From contig NC_134027.1 of the NCBI RefSeq assembly GCF_964204645.1, positions 24,700,560 to 24,764,559 on the forward strand: 64,000 nt of DNA, written 5' to 3'. Shown here in pieces: positions 49,425 to 61,000 of the stretch. The stretch is from Tubulanus polymorphus (lineage: Eukaryota > Animalia > Nemertea). Below the pieces are notes generated by a model. That model did not search any database and had not been told where the DNA came from. It worked only from the letters and a program-made list of their open reading frames with translations. The first letter of the stretch is position 1. Each line of letters opens with the position of its first letter. The translations under genes and the position numbers were made by a program.

Positions 49425-49685
49425 AAACTGAGCTTAAGTCTTAAGTTGTTAGATTGTCTATAGAACCACACTGAGCTAAGACTGGTCTTAAGTTGTTAGA
49501 TTGTCTATAGAACCACACTGAGTTAAGACTGGTCTTAAAATGTTAGATTGGTTATATAGAACCAAAATGAGCTGAGACCGGTCTTAAGTTGTTAGATCGG
49601 TTATGCAACCAGAATGGGCTTAGACGGTTCCGAAGTTGGATTGGCTTTAGAACTATATAAAATGAGCTTAAACTGGTCTTAACAA
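49425..49685. repeat. About 47-bp tandem repeat derived from Harbinger-like MITE interior; related copies at about 52200-52410
   Basis: AGACTGGTCTTAAGTTGTTAGATTGTCTATAGAACC matches the reverse complement of the interior of 29056-29193. Confidence 0.75.
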
Positions 49686-52600
49686 GTTGCTATGAACATG
49701 GGAAACAAATTCAAATGGGACCATGGAATATCGTTGCATGGATGGGTCTATCTGAAAGTTGACCGTAGTCTCTTTATATCTTTCAATTTGGACATTTCAT
49801 CTCCTTGCCAACATATTTTTTCTTTTTGATATGAGCATATGACATATGAGCATTTTCAGAAGGTTTTGTGCTATACCTATCTATGACTGCAAATTTTATT
49901 TTATCTTTATCTATAGTATAGTAGATAGATGATTTCGAACAGCTAACGGTATGTTACGCGAATAACCCTTTTGGGTCTTGCACGATAGTTAAAAATTTTA
50001 AAATCAAATAGTTAAAATGATGATATATTTTATTAGCGCGACACGATTATGTTATATTGTTTAGTGTATTGTGAAACAATGTTGTTTTTAGTAAAATGCT
50101 TAGAATTTTATAAATCAAGAATGTTAACATTATTTTCAATTCAATAAAATCTTCTAAACGCAACTGAATTTGCGCTTATTTACTATGTCGTTCTGATGCC
50201 CATAAAGCCTTTCGAACATCCTGAGGTTTGCTTGTCATATGGCAGAATATCCAAGATTATGGCCTCATGAGGCAAAAATGATGAAAAACCCTCGCCTGAA
50301 CATGTGCACTGAGTTACTAGTCGGGTATCAGTTTGCGGCCTGAACCTCTTCTGATATTTGAAACATGATAACTATTCTTCAAATTTTTGATCATCCATAT
50401 TTAATTGAGATTGCACTCCAAACATATGTGTCGAGTTACTAGTGTAAGCAGGTATTAGTAAATAGTTGCACCTCTTCAGATACTTGATCACCATTCAAAT
50501 TTTGAAGAACTACAAACATCAGGCATTAGACATTTAATCAGCGCTTCGGAAAACTAATCGTCCACACTTCACATGCGTTCAGTACTTCACCAGACATTTT
50601 TAATTGAAAATGAACTAGAAATGCCAGATATTAGACATTTTATCAGCACACTTTAAAAAAATAACCATCCACGCTTCACTTCTTTTCAGAACATTACCAG
50701 AGACATTGTTAATTAAAAATGAAGAACAGATACCAGACTTGCAACATTTTTTTTTCCCCATCTTCACAAATGTGTTCAGGATTTTGTCCGAGACATTTTA
50801 AATTGAGAATTATCTAACCAGTGGATGTATCGACGTTTGCCTTAGAATCGTAGCAAACCTCACCTCACAGAATTCCCAGTTCCTGGGGAATCTACCACCA
50901 AATAGAGCAGGTACAACAAAGCTCTTTTTAAATGACAAAATACAAACTTTATTCGACGCACATTTTGTAAACGGTTCACACAAAGGGAGAAAAAACGAAC
51001 ATGAATTTTCGAAGAAGAAGAAATGCAGCAAACTCTATGAAAGGGAGCACACGTGGAACATGCATCGGTATCATAATAAAAACTCCAGATATGAAAATAG
51101 AGGAACAGCTGATGGCAGAATGTTTAATCAGTTTGTTAAGTACTGCCTACAATAGCGTTTAAAACAACGACAATTGAAACCCGAAACCTTTGTTAAGTGG
51201 TCGAGTCGGATTACGACTGAAACTCGACTCCCAACTCGGGTAAATGACTCCCAACTAGGGTAAATGACTCCCAACTGGGATCATCAGCCGTGTGGCGGAG
51301 AGTTTTATATCGGTGGTTTAAACCAAGAAGTGAACGACCTGATCCAGTTCACGACTATCGGTTTAGTTTTTGATTCTAGAGTTAAAATTCATTCATCTCC
51401 CAGGCAGGCAATGCACTCTTAAAGCAGCAGTTTTTCAAAACTTTCCGGGGTTGAGCAGCGTGCCTGTTCATGGGTCTTTGTGACCCCCCTTTTTGGAGTT
51501 TCCTTGATCCACACGGGTCCGCAATGTTTTCTTCTATTTATTCAATGCGTATATATATTTTCACCGAAACCGTAGAACTGGATCCCGACGGTTTAAACCA
51601 TCAGCGGTAACCTAAACGACCGGAAAAAAACTAGACTCCGGAGTGAACTATCTAACCACCGTCTGGTTACCGACTAGGCTAACATTTCCCGATGTTCAAC
51701 TAACTTTACTCTTTGAGATAAAATGAACACATTTAAATCATTCCTCATCATTTTAGGAGCATTTTCATCGTTTTTTTTCGTGTGGGTGAATTTTTTTTCT
51801 CAAGTGTATCAAAATAATGGCTTTTAAAGAATACCGGTACTCAAAACCATCAAATTGAAAATATTGGAAATGAATAAGTAGCACATGATGATTTTAAGGA
51901 TGAACACTTATTAGCACACTTCACATGATAACTCATTTCAAACTCAAACAACTCCGAAATCCAATTCAATAATGTTACAACTGTTTAAGATTAACATGTG
52001 CATTAATATATAATACCAATCATTGAAAGAGGTACATTTCTGAAACATGTATACATAATAAGTAAAGGGTACCAGAGCCTCGAAAAGGAAATTAACATAT
52101 ATACTCTATATATTCTTACAAAACATTCCTACAAAGAGTTTCTCAAATATTACGAAGACCCCTAGGCCAAGTTGTACAGTCATGAAAAGTCTAACAACGG
52201 TTTTACAACTCGTCAAAAAGAAGTTAGATCGGTTATAGAACCAAAGTGATCTTTGACTGATCTTACGGCAAGATGTTAGATTGCCCATAGAACCAAAATG
52301 AGTTTAGACTGATCTTAAGTAGTGTAATTGGTTACAGAACCAAAATGGGCTTTAGACCGGTCTGAAGTTGTTAGATCGGCTATAGAAGTAAAATCAGTTT
52401 ATTGGTCTTAATTTACTCTAAAATCTCAAATTGTCAGATTGGCCTCGACTGCGCAAATGGCCCACCACCAGATATTTGGACAGTTATGAAACATTCATTG
52501 GTAAATAACAGCAGTAAAATGATTAATGCATAGATTCAAATTCAGGAAGGTTTGGGATGAAATATGATATGATTTACAGTAGATTCAGTGCCGCCCCGCG

Positions 52601-53441
52601 AAACAACCATTCTCAATAATTATAAGAACCGCGTCTGAACGAAATCCATCAGCATTCGACCTGAGTACAAATCAACTCGTTTCACCTAATCGCAGTAATT
52701 CCAATGGAGTCCGCAGTTTTGACTTTACAAAAGTTAAAAAATCAATTCATTACTAGTTCTTTAACTCTTCGAGTTGGAACGAACCCGCGAGTCAAACGTT
52801 TACGTAAAGTGAACCCAGCTCCACAGTTGTGAGTTAAATTTGACTCGAGTTCATTCTTAAAGTTTTATCCCAACAGCCACGAATATCAGCTTGGAACCGT
52901 ACAAGTGGACTTAGTTCCGCAGTTTTAAGTTAATGCCGACTTATAAAAAAAGTTAAAATACGTTCATTCCTAATCTTCAATCCTAGTCAACTTCCAACTG
53001 TATAACTGGATCCAGTTCCGCGCTAACATTAAAGATACCTTTTTAGAGTTAAAAAAGTTCTTATCCAATGACAAAACCCTTAAATCAATCAAAGGCTGTC
53101 GCGGAACAGGACCCAGTTCATTTGCGCGATTACATTTCCAACCCTTTCTAAGTTAAGCCTTCATCATTTAAAGCTAACTCGCAGAACTAGGGTCCAGTTC
53201 CACAACATTGCGAGCTAAAGAGTTAAATTCCGTTCATTTTCAATGATTCAACTCTTTAGAGTCGATCGAAACTAACTGATAGAATTGTGTCCAGTTCTGC
53301 AATCGCGAATTAGAGTTAACTCGAAATTAAATTCGCTCCATTTTCGACGATTAAACTCCCGAGTCAAATCTAAACTCTCACAACTGTTGAATTGGGTCCC
53401 GATTGTAACTGGGTGTTACTCAGTATCAGAGAGTAAACGAT

Positions 53442-56400
53442 TTAACCGTCGAGGCTGTGTCTACTGGTCGACGCCGGTTCCATGTTCGTGATGATCAAAA
53501 ATACGATAACGGCGACGATTAATAGTAGAACGACTTGTAACCAGATCGCGATTCCTCTTCGCGCCGGAGTCGCCGCCTCAGCAGACGCGGCCGTCCTCGT
53601 CGTCGCCGATGAACTTGTTGCCGTCGCGGTCGTTTCCGATCTAAAAACCTGTTTTCGCGTAGTTTGCTCGGAATCGGCGGCGGTGCGACTGAAACGCGAA
53701 AAATAACGAGATTTTGAAAACGCCGTATTTATACATGTTTTACTGCGGTAGTTTCTTGAATAAAAAACAACTGTAAACTCTGCCTCACTCGGTTTACTTA
53801 ATCGTTAACTGCTCTAGTTGATATCATTTTCAGGGTGGCCACATGTGAACAAATTAGGGATTGCCCTAGGGAAAATCTTAACCCGACCAAATTCAGGATT
53901 CCCGGGGGGAGGGGGGGAGTTGGGGTAGATGTCGCTTAATTTATTCTACATACCTCTCAGCCTGCAATGAAACCACTTTTCGTCGCGTCACCTGAGCCTG
54001 TTGCGTAATCGCGGCAATCGGCTCCCGATCAACGGTAGTCACTTGTTCACGAGTAATCGAACTGCAAGAAAAACCCGTACGAATTCACATCTTCAGAAAT
54101 TAACGTTGCGCTTATGATCAGAAAGTTCGAACTGTATTCAGTACCTTTGTTGAGTTTTTATAATCGGAGGGCTTTCTTCTTCTTGAACTTCCATTTCTAA
54201 ATCTACAATTAAGAAAACAGGATAAGCTCATTGGTCTACCGGTATATGAATGCCATTTTGGTCTCTAGTCAGAGTCCGAAATGTTGTGTATTTTGGTTTC
54301 AATCTTAATAGATAAAATTCGATTCTAATCTTTTAAATATCTGTATAAAGTGGGTTTTACACTTATTAACTTTAGACTAGACTAATACCATTTTGGTTCT
54401 TCAGCCCATCTAACAGTTTATGACCAGCCTTATATGAATGCCATTTTGGTCTCTAGTGAGTAGTCAGAGTCCGAAATGTTGCGTATTTTCAATTTAATTC
54501 TTGATAAATAAAATTCGATTTTAATCTTTTTAATTTATGTATTAAGTGGGTTTTAAACTTATCAACTTATGATCAGACTAATCTCATTTTGGTTCTTTAG
54601 CCCATCTAACAGATTATGACTCCGCGGCTCCTTACAAGAAATAAGCCCAGTTCGAAGAGTTAAACCATGTTTTTCTAACCTTCATCGTCCTCGTCGCTGA
54701 ACTCTTCTGATCCGTTCAAATCGTGATTCTCTGAAGAACCGTTCATTTCAGTCGGTTCTTCTGTATTCATCTCCGCGGCTAACATCTGTTGGAGTTTTTT
54801 CTGATAAACCCTCCGCGTCGAGTCTGATATGAATAATCACAACAGGTCAGAATTTTTTTTTACATATTTTACACATATTTTACTTCTAATACTCAATTCA
54901 TCAATTAATCGTTCTCAAATCAAACTTAACCATTTAACTTATTTCAAACTTGTGTGTTCATGAAACCGTCCACGGTTTGGGCTTATCCCCAAGCAAACCG
55001 CAAACCTGCCCCTTGAATAGCTCCATGAACGTGTCTATTTGGATTAATCGGAGCCACCCCATCGATCAAATACAAAAAACCAAAACATTGCTTCGTGCTA
55101 TGATTGATTATAAAGATAATTGAACTACAAATGATTTTAATCTTCTACGATGAACTCGGTCTGAAGAATATTCACATCGATACAAACTGTGACCGAGTGA
55201 AGACTTTCAAACCCGCTTACCGATTTCCGTCCATTTTCAAATATCCTGGGTTTCCCCCCGATTATTCCATGTGATTACTTATGGACTTAATTCCCTAAGT
55301 GAATCAGAGAAATGTCTAGGTTCTAAAATGTTAGGAATCAATCATTTTTCATTAAATCACAAACTGATAAAGAAATACGTGGTCAATAGCATTATCCGAA
55401 TTCCCAGGAGTTTCCGGGGGTTTTTGTCGGCAACAGCCGCAGTATTCTTTGAAGTAGTCTTTGAACCGCAGCTGTCAAGATGATGGATCTATGTAATTAC
55501 CTGACCACATGTACTCTTTTTAGTGTAGTTTATATTATGGGAAAATAAAGTTAGTTGTCTTCATCCTCCCTCTGCAGGGACTCGAACCTGATGGCATCGC
55601 TACACTCAGCCACGGCACGAACCCCTGCATCAGTAGACCGGGTGCGCAGGTACATGCGCAGCTTTCCGAACGAAAACTGGCGGCACCAATCAGATTGCTC
55701 GTTGTATAATCGTTGAGGCAAATTTCAAGGAAGAACTATAAATGGGAAAACCCGGGCTAAAATAAAACGGGATTTCTGATTGGCTAAAAATCACATCATC
55801 TGAACTGCGCATGTATCTGCACACACGGTCGATTATGGCAGGGTTTCGTGCCGTGGCAATCTCGATGCCATCAGGTTCGAATCCCTGCCGGGGGAGGATG
55901 GTTGTCTTATGATGCTGATACAGTAAAGATGTGTTCTCCCGGATAACACTCTTCTTCTCTTACGGACCCGGTTCTCATAATTGGCAGTGCAGCCCACAGT
56001 TTTTGGTTAAATTTGTCAAAACCCCCAATTCTTTTCCGCTAGATTTTTTTGATTAACCGAGTTTTCCAGGTCAGTGACCACCTTATCTTAGTTTCGCTTA
56101 AAACATGGCTTACGGATGCTTCTTCCGAGTGACTCAACTCAAATAGCACCGGCGCAATACTCACCGAGAATTGGTCCGACTTCCATCCCTAAAGACTGCA
56201 ACGCTTCGAATAGTTCCTCATCCGTCAAATCGGTCACATCTTTCACCGGTGCGTGCTGCATTGTCGTCGATTGTGTTACTGGTTTCTTCTGCGAGATGAA
56301 CAACAAGTTATCAAGTCCTACAGCTAGATAATGCACTCGGCCTTACTCTGACTAAACAAGTAAAGCAAGGTCAGGTATTATTGTCACGGTTTATCAACCG

Positions 56401-57610
56401 AAAAGACACCCATGACTTGAGTGTCGATAGCTGCGCCTAATACTTCTTTGAAGCGGTCGGTTTCACAATAAAGTACACAATGGGACTGTGGTAGAGTCAG
56501 AAGTCTCACATATAGTTAGTAACTGGACTGTGATATAGTTAGTAACTGGACTGTGGTCTAGTCAGTAACTGGACTGTGGTCTAGTCAGTAACTGGACACG
56601 ATATAGTTAGTAACTGGACTGTGGTCTAGTCAGTAACTGGACTGTGGTCTAGTCAGTAACTGGACTGTGGTCTAGTCAGTAACTGGACTGTGCGATATGG
56701 CCATTAATTGAACTGCTGTTTAGTCAGCTGTGCTAGTGTCAGAAACCTCACTGCAGTTTGGTTAGTAACCCCAGACTGGAATTGCAGGGTTGCAGTTTAG
56801 TCAGTAACTGGATTGCGGTTTAGTCAGTCCCTGCATTGCTGTTTAGTCAGTCACTGCATTGCGGTTTAGACAGTAACTGGATTGCGGTTTAGTCAGTAAC
56901 TGGATTGCAGTTTAGTCAGTAACTGGATTGCGGTTTGGTCAGTGACTGGAATGGTTATGTCAGTAACTGGATTGCTGTTTAGTCATTGACTGGAATGGTT
57001 ATGTCAGTAACTGGATTGTGGTTTAGTCACTAACTCAACTGGATTGCAGGTTCGGTAATTAGACTGCTGTCTATTTAGTAACTGGACTGCAATTTTGGCA
57101 GTGACTGGATTGCGGTCCGGTAACTGGACTACCGTAGTGTTTATTCAGAAGTTACCAGACTACGGTTTAGTCAATAGCCGGGCAGGATTGCAGTTTCAGA
57201 TTACTGGACTGTGCGCTTTAGAAAATAACAACTGAAACATGTGGAATGAGCTTTTTGAGTTGATTGAAATCATTGACAACCAACCTTGCCAAAGTCAAAT
57301 CCCATCCCTCAACCCAAATTTAACTGCAACGCATTACCTTGCGTTTCTGATGAGACACATCAGTTAGGCCCAACTCCTCTTCGTCGCTGGAAAAGCTCTC
57401 GAATCTACTGATGAATTTCAGCTGCTTTTCTGGCTCAGTTGGTTTTTTCTCGTCAAGCGCGAAATCATCGAGCAGAAATTGGTTTTTATACATTTGCACG
57501 TAGACATCCTTTTTTGCATCGGACGGTGGGGGTTCGAACCCGCGGTCGACGAATTCGGCTTTGATCTGGGCTTTAGTCAGATTGTTCGGGTCGCTAACTA
57601 AAGTTGACAT
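53442..57610 (-). CDS. TMPO: LAP2/thymopoietin-like inner nuclear membrane protein (LEM-like + LEM + C-terminal TM), 6 exons
   Basis: Exons: 57610-57338, 56288-56165, 54823-54680, 54202-54145, 54061-53954, 53688-53442. LEM-like DPNNLTKAQIKAEF...KKDVYVQMY and FSSDEE; LEM DVTDLTDEELFEALQSLGMEVGPILDSTRRVYQKKL; TM IWLQVVLLLIVAVIVFLII followed by TNME. Confidence 0.85.
54245..54620. repeat. Intronic tandem duplication of about 190 bp
   Basis: TATATGAATGCCATTTTGGTCTCTAGT...CAGCCCATCTAACAG occurs twice. Confidence 0.8.
55562..55900. mobile_element. P/hAT-like MITE with 8-bp TSD and long TIRs
   Basis: GTTGTCTT|CATCCTCCC..GCAGGGA.TCGAACCTGATGGCATCG ... CGATGCCATCAGGTTCGAATCCCTGC.GGGGAGGATG|GTTGTCTT. 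Confidence 0.88.
56505..57210. repeat. 22-23-bp minisatellite in intron 1 of the LAP2-like gene
   Basis: GTGGTCTAGTCAGTAACTGGACT and diverging GCGGTTTAGTCAGTAACTGGATT units. Confidence 0.9.
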
Positions 57611-58079
57611 CTTGATTTTCGATTTAATTTCGTGTCGAGAATGTGTTTTTGTTTCAATTTTTTTCTAGTCAGCGTGGGGAATCCCAGGTTAGTTCATCAG
57701 CGCGGGGAAAACCAGGTCAATTCAATTCAATTCAATACAAACACCGTGGCCCAGATTAAACTCGAGGGATTCAGACGCCGTATCGAGTCCAAAATTGAAA
57801 ATACAAAATTCGAAATGGATTTGAACCGTGATGTCACCATTTAAAATAAGTGATTCACCAGTACACCCGCTGTATCCGTCAAATAGCTATCTAAAGAAAT
57901 GATCTGCAGTTTACACCAGCAATGACGCCGGACGGAATCACTCCAGTTTCATAAATAAAGAATTGAATTGAATTGACGAGTACAGCCATCTCGAGAATAA
58001 TCTAGATTCTCGATGATGGATTTTTGATGGATTAATGATGGATTGACTGATTGACTGGCGCTGATAGAATTCAATCAGA
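57611..58079. promoter_or_regulatory. Probable bidirectional promoter between the LAP2-like gene and APEX2
   Basis: Divergent start codons at 57610 (minus) and 58080 (plus) are only about 470 bp apart. Confidence 0.6.
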
Positions 58080-61000
58080 ATGCGGATTGTAACGTGGAAT
58101 ATAAACGGTATTCGGGCGACCCGTGAACCGATTGAAAACATTCTTAACTCGTTTAAAGCTGACATCATCTGCATTCAAGAAACTAAAGTTACCAGTAAGT
58201 TGTCATTCTCTTCTCTTCACGCACGCTCACCACACTACACACACACACTGTGACACAGCTCGCTTCAGCTGAAGTTTTTTTTTGTGGGGGATTTTTGAAA
58301 TTTGATTAATTGGTAGGATTCAAGAATAGGGGACTAGTGGTTAGGTTTAGGGTTAGGTTTAGGGTTAGAGTTGGGTTTAGTTCCCTAATCTTCATTAATT
58401 ACTATTTATATAACTATCATTATATATCATCATTATCAATTACTATTATTATTACTTATTTAATTACTATCACTACATATATATTGCTATAGTCCCCTAT
58501 TCTTAAATCGCACCGATTAATTGTAATTCGTGATAAGAGAGTGTGTCCAGTGTTAGCTTTAAGCCGGGCGTATGTTGGCCCTGCCACTTGTAGCAATGTA
58601 TCTATCTGCAACTACAACCAACCAGAAGATGTCCTGAACTGTGAACACACTGTAGTGTAGTAGTAGTGTTGGGCGCCCAACAGTGTTTCAGGACATTTAA
58701 TAAACCCCGGCCATCATTAAATGCCATTCTTCAATGTATTGTTCTGTCAATTTATTGCATGTCTTATCCTATGTATGAATGTTAGATACGGCGCAAAAAT
58801 ATATAAGTTCAATTTCAAGTTCCCATTACCAGCATCTGATCTGGTCGCAACCGCCGGCTTGTCCAGCAGCGCCAGTTTCGGTGAGTCGCACATGTTTGAC
58901 TTTCTAGGATACAACGCGACTAAGTCTCCCAGTCGCAATGGACCTACCAAATGTGACTGACGAAGACTAGCCGATCACCGACACTGACAATCGGCATCCT
59001 AACTGACCTCTGCCTGAGGTGACGATTGCATGTGACCACAGGACGACCTTCCACCTGCTTTAGTTGCTTTATTAACCCTTGATTAATGATTTACGATGGA
59101 ACTAGTGCAAGGGTCTCAGCTGTTCTTTAATTCTTGATAAGCCCCTTGCCTCTTTAGAAAGGCCCTCTAGCAGCCTGGGCACAGGTTGTTCACCCACTTA
59201 GTCACGAGTCTTGGCCCATCAAATCCTAGAACTGAAATGGGCCCAATCTTACAGGTAGGCCTACAACCAGTGGTATTGTGCAGTCTGACAGTTTGGCCAA
59301 TGGCCTAGAAAACCTGGAAAACTCAGGGAATTTGTTTTGGAATGATTTTGTAATTTTCGGTTTCATTGTTATCACCGGTAGGCCTACGTATTGTCAATTC
59401 AAACCCGACCGATTAAAGATTAAACTCTTTTATGAAACTGTATCCAGTTAACTGTCACGCTCCCAATGCCTCCTTGATTCATTAAAACCTCCTTCAAAAC
59501 GACTTTTAATTGTTCTTGAAACTCCTTTTATTTGAGCGAAATGCCCAAAACACCTTCAAGAATCCTTTGATTTTGAGAAATAGGTTTTTCAGGATTTTTT
59601 GTGTAGTTTGTAGTTGTGCAGTATCAGTAAACTACAACTAAATCAGTACCTGGGACCTGTAATTTCGTTGCCCAATTCGGCGGTTACTAAGTTTGAATCT
59701 GGGTTACGGAAAGTGAAGTAAAGTAATGTAAATTAGTAAAGGATAAGAATTAGTTAATAAAACCACTCAATTAATGGTTTACTGAGAGATAAACAGTACC
59801 GATTTAGGAGGAATCGATATAAATTGTGATTTGAAAGTGATGCAGACATTTCCTCGAAATTTGATATTTTCTGCTTTAAAGCTCATTATATATCCACGAA
59901 TAACCGATCCATAGGCAGCCTGCTAGTTAGGCCTATCAGTGTAAAAAGTTCGTCTCAATTACACGATGAATAATGTATATGCGCTACAGTCATTGTGACG
60001 AACGAGTCTGTGCTGTTTCAATAGTTTAATCGATATTGTATTCCAATGATAGCTATGCACTTGTGTTAATGAAATTCACCTGCCCGCTCCAGACCGGCGG
60101 CAGGGGTCTGTGCAGTGCGCAATCACAATATCTTTCTCAACCTCGAAAATTGAATAGCGATAACTTTCACGTCTTCCGGAAAACCGAACGCTCAAATCTG
60201 GAGATTTGCGATGACTTAAGGAGGGGGGGGGGTGCGCATGCTCCCAGTGAATTCACGGGATCCTCCCCTAGATGATCTGATGCCTGGTACTGAAAACATT
60301 TTGAAGATTTAGAACGATAACCACACTCAAACGTGGTGAACGGATAATAAGATAAAAACCCACTATTTACAGATTAAAAGAATTTAAAAACCAGAATTTA
60401 TTTATTCAGTCTAAAATATATAGAATACACGACGTTTCGATCTCACCCTAGAGATCATCGTCAGGTGTGAGATATAGACTAAAAACAGGGGTATATATAC
60501 AGAGGAGAACAGGTTAATTGAGTAAATTGGTGAGTGAGTAAATAATTAGTGTTTGGCAATTTAAATCACCAGGGGCTGGTTTAAAGTTTGTTGTTAACTT
60601 AACCCTCAGGGGTTAGCTCAATTGAAAAAGAATTGAGTTAACCTTTTCAGCGCTGACTTAATAATACCCTATAGTGCTGAAGATAATTTGAAAATTTTGA
60701 ATGATTCCACCCTAGTGTGTTGAATAACGGGAATACCACTATAGTGGAGCGGTGTATTGTTAGTTACTAGTATTTCACTTTGTTTGACAGGTGCTGCCAT
60801 CTTTCAATAGAGATAAAAACTAATAACTAATTTCATCAATACACCGCAGTGCGGTGTACTAACAAAATCCATCACCGATTTATACACCGCACTGCGGTGT
60901 AGACGCACTGAAAGGGTTTTAAAGTGAATACTAGTCTATAAAACCGGGCCCAGGATATTTCGCCCGCGCTCTAGGTGTTTTTGATACTGGCGTACTTGTT

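Noticed and set aside
55870-55900. tRNA gene (GGTTCGAATCCC)
   Set aside because: No A-box or cloverleaf; the motif is part of a MITE TIR.
58080-58194. LINE APE-type endonuclease
   Set aside because: It is spliced to an exon with APE2-specific motifs and has no linked reverse transcriptase, so it is the host APEX2 gene.
58339-58380. Interstitial telomere
   Set aside because: Only a few imperfect TTAGGG-like units, enclosed in a TIR element.
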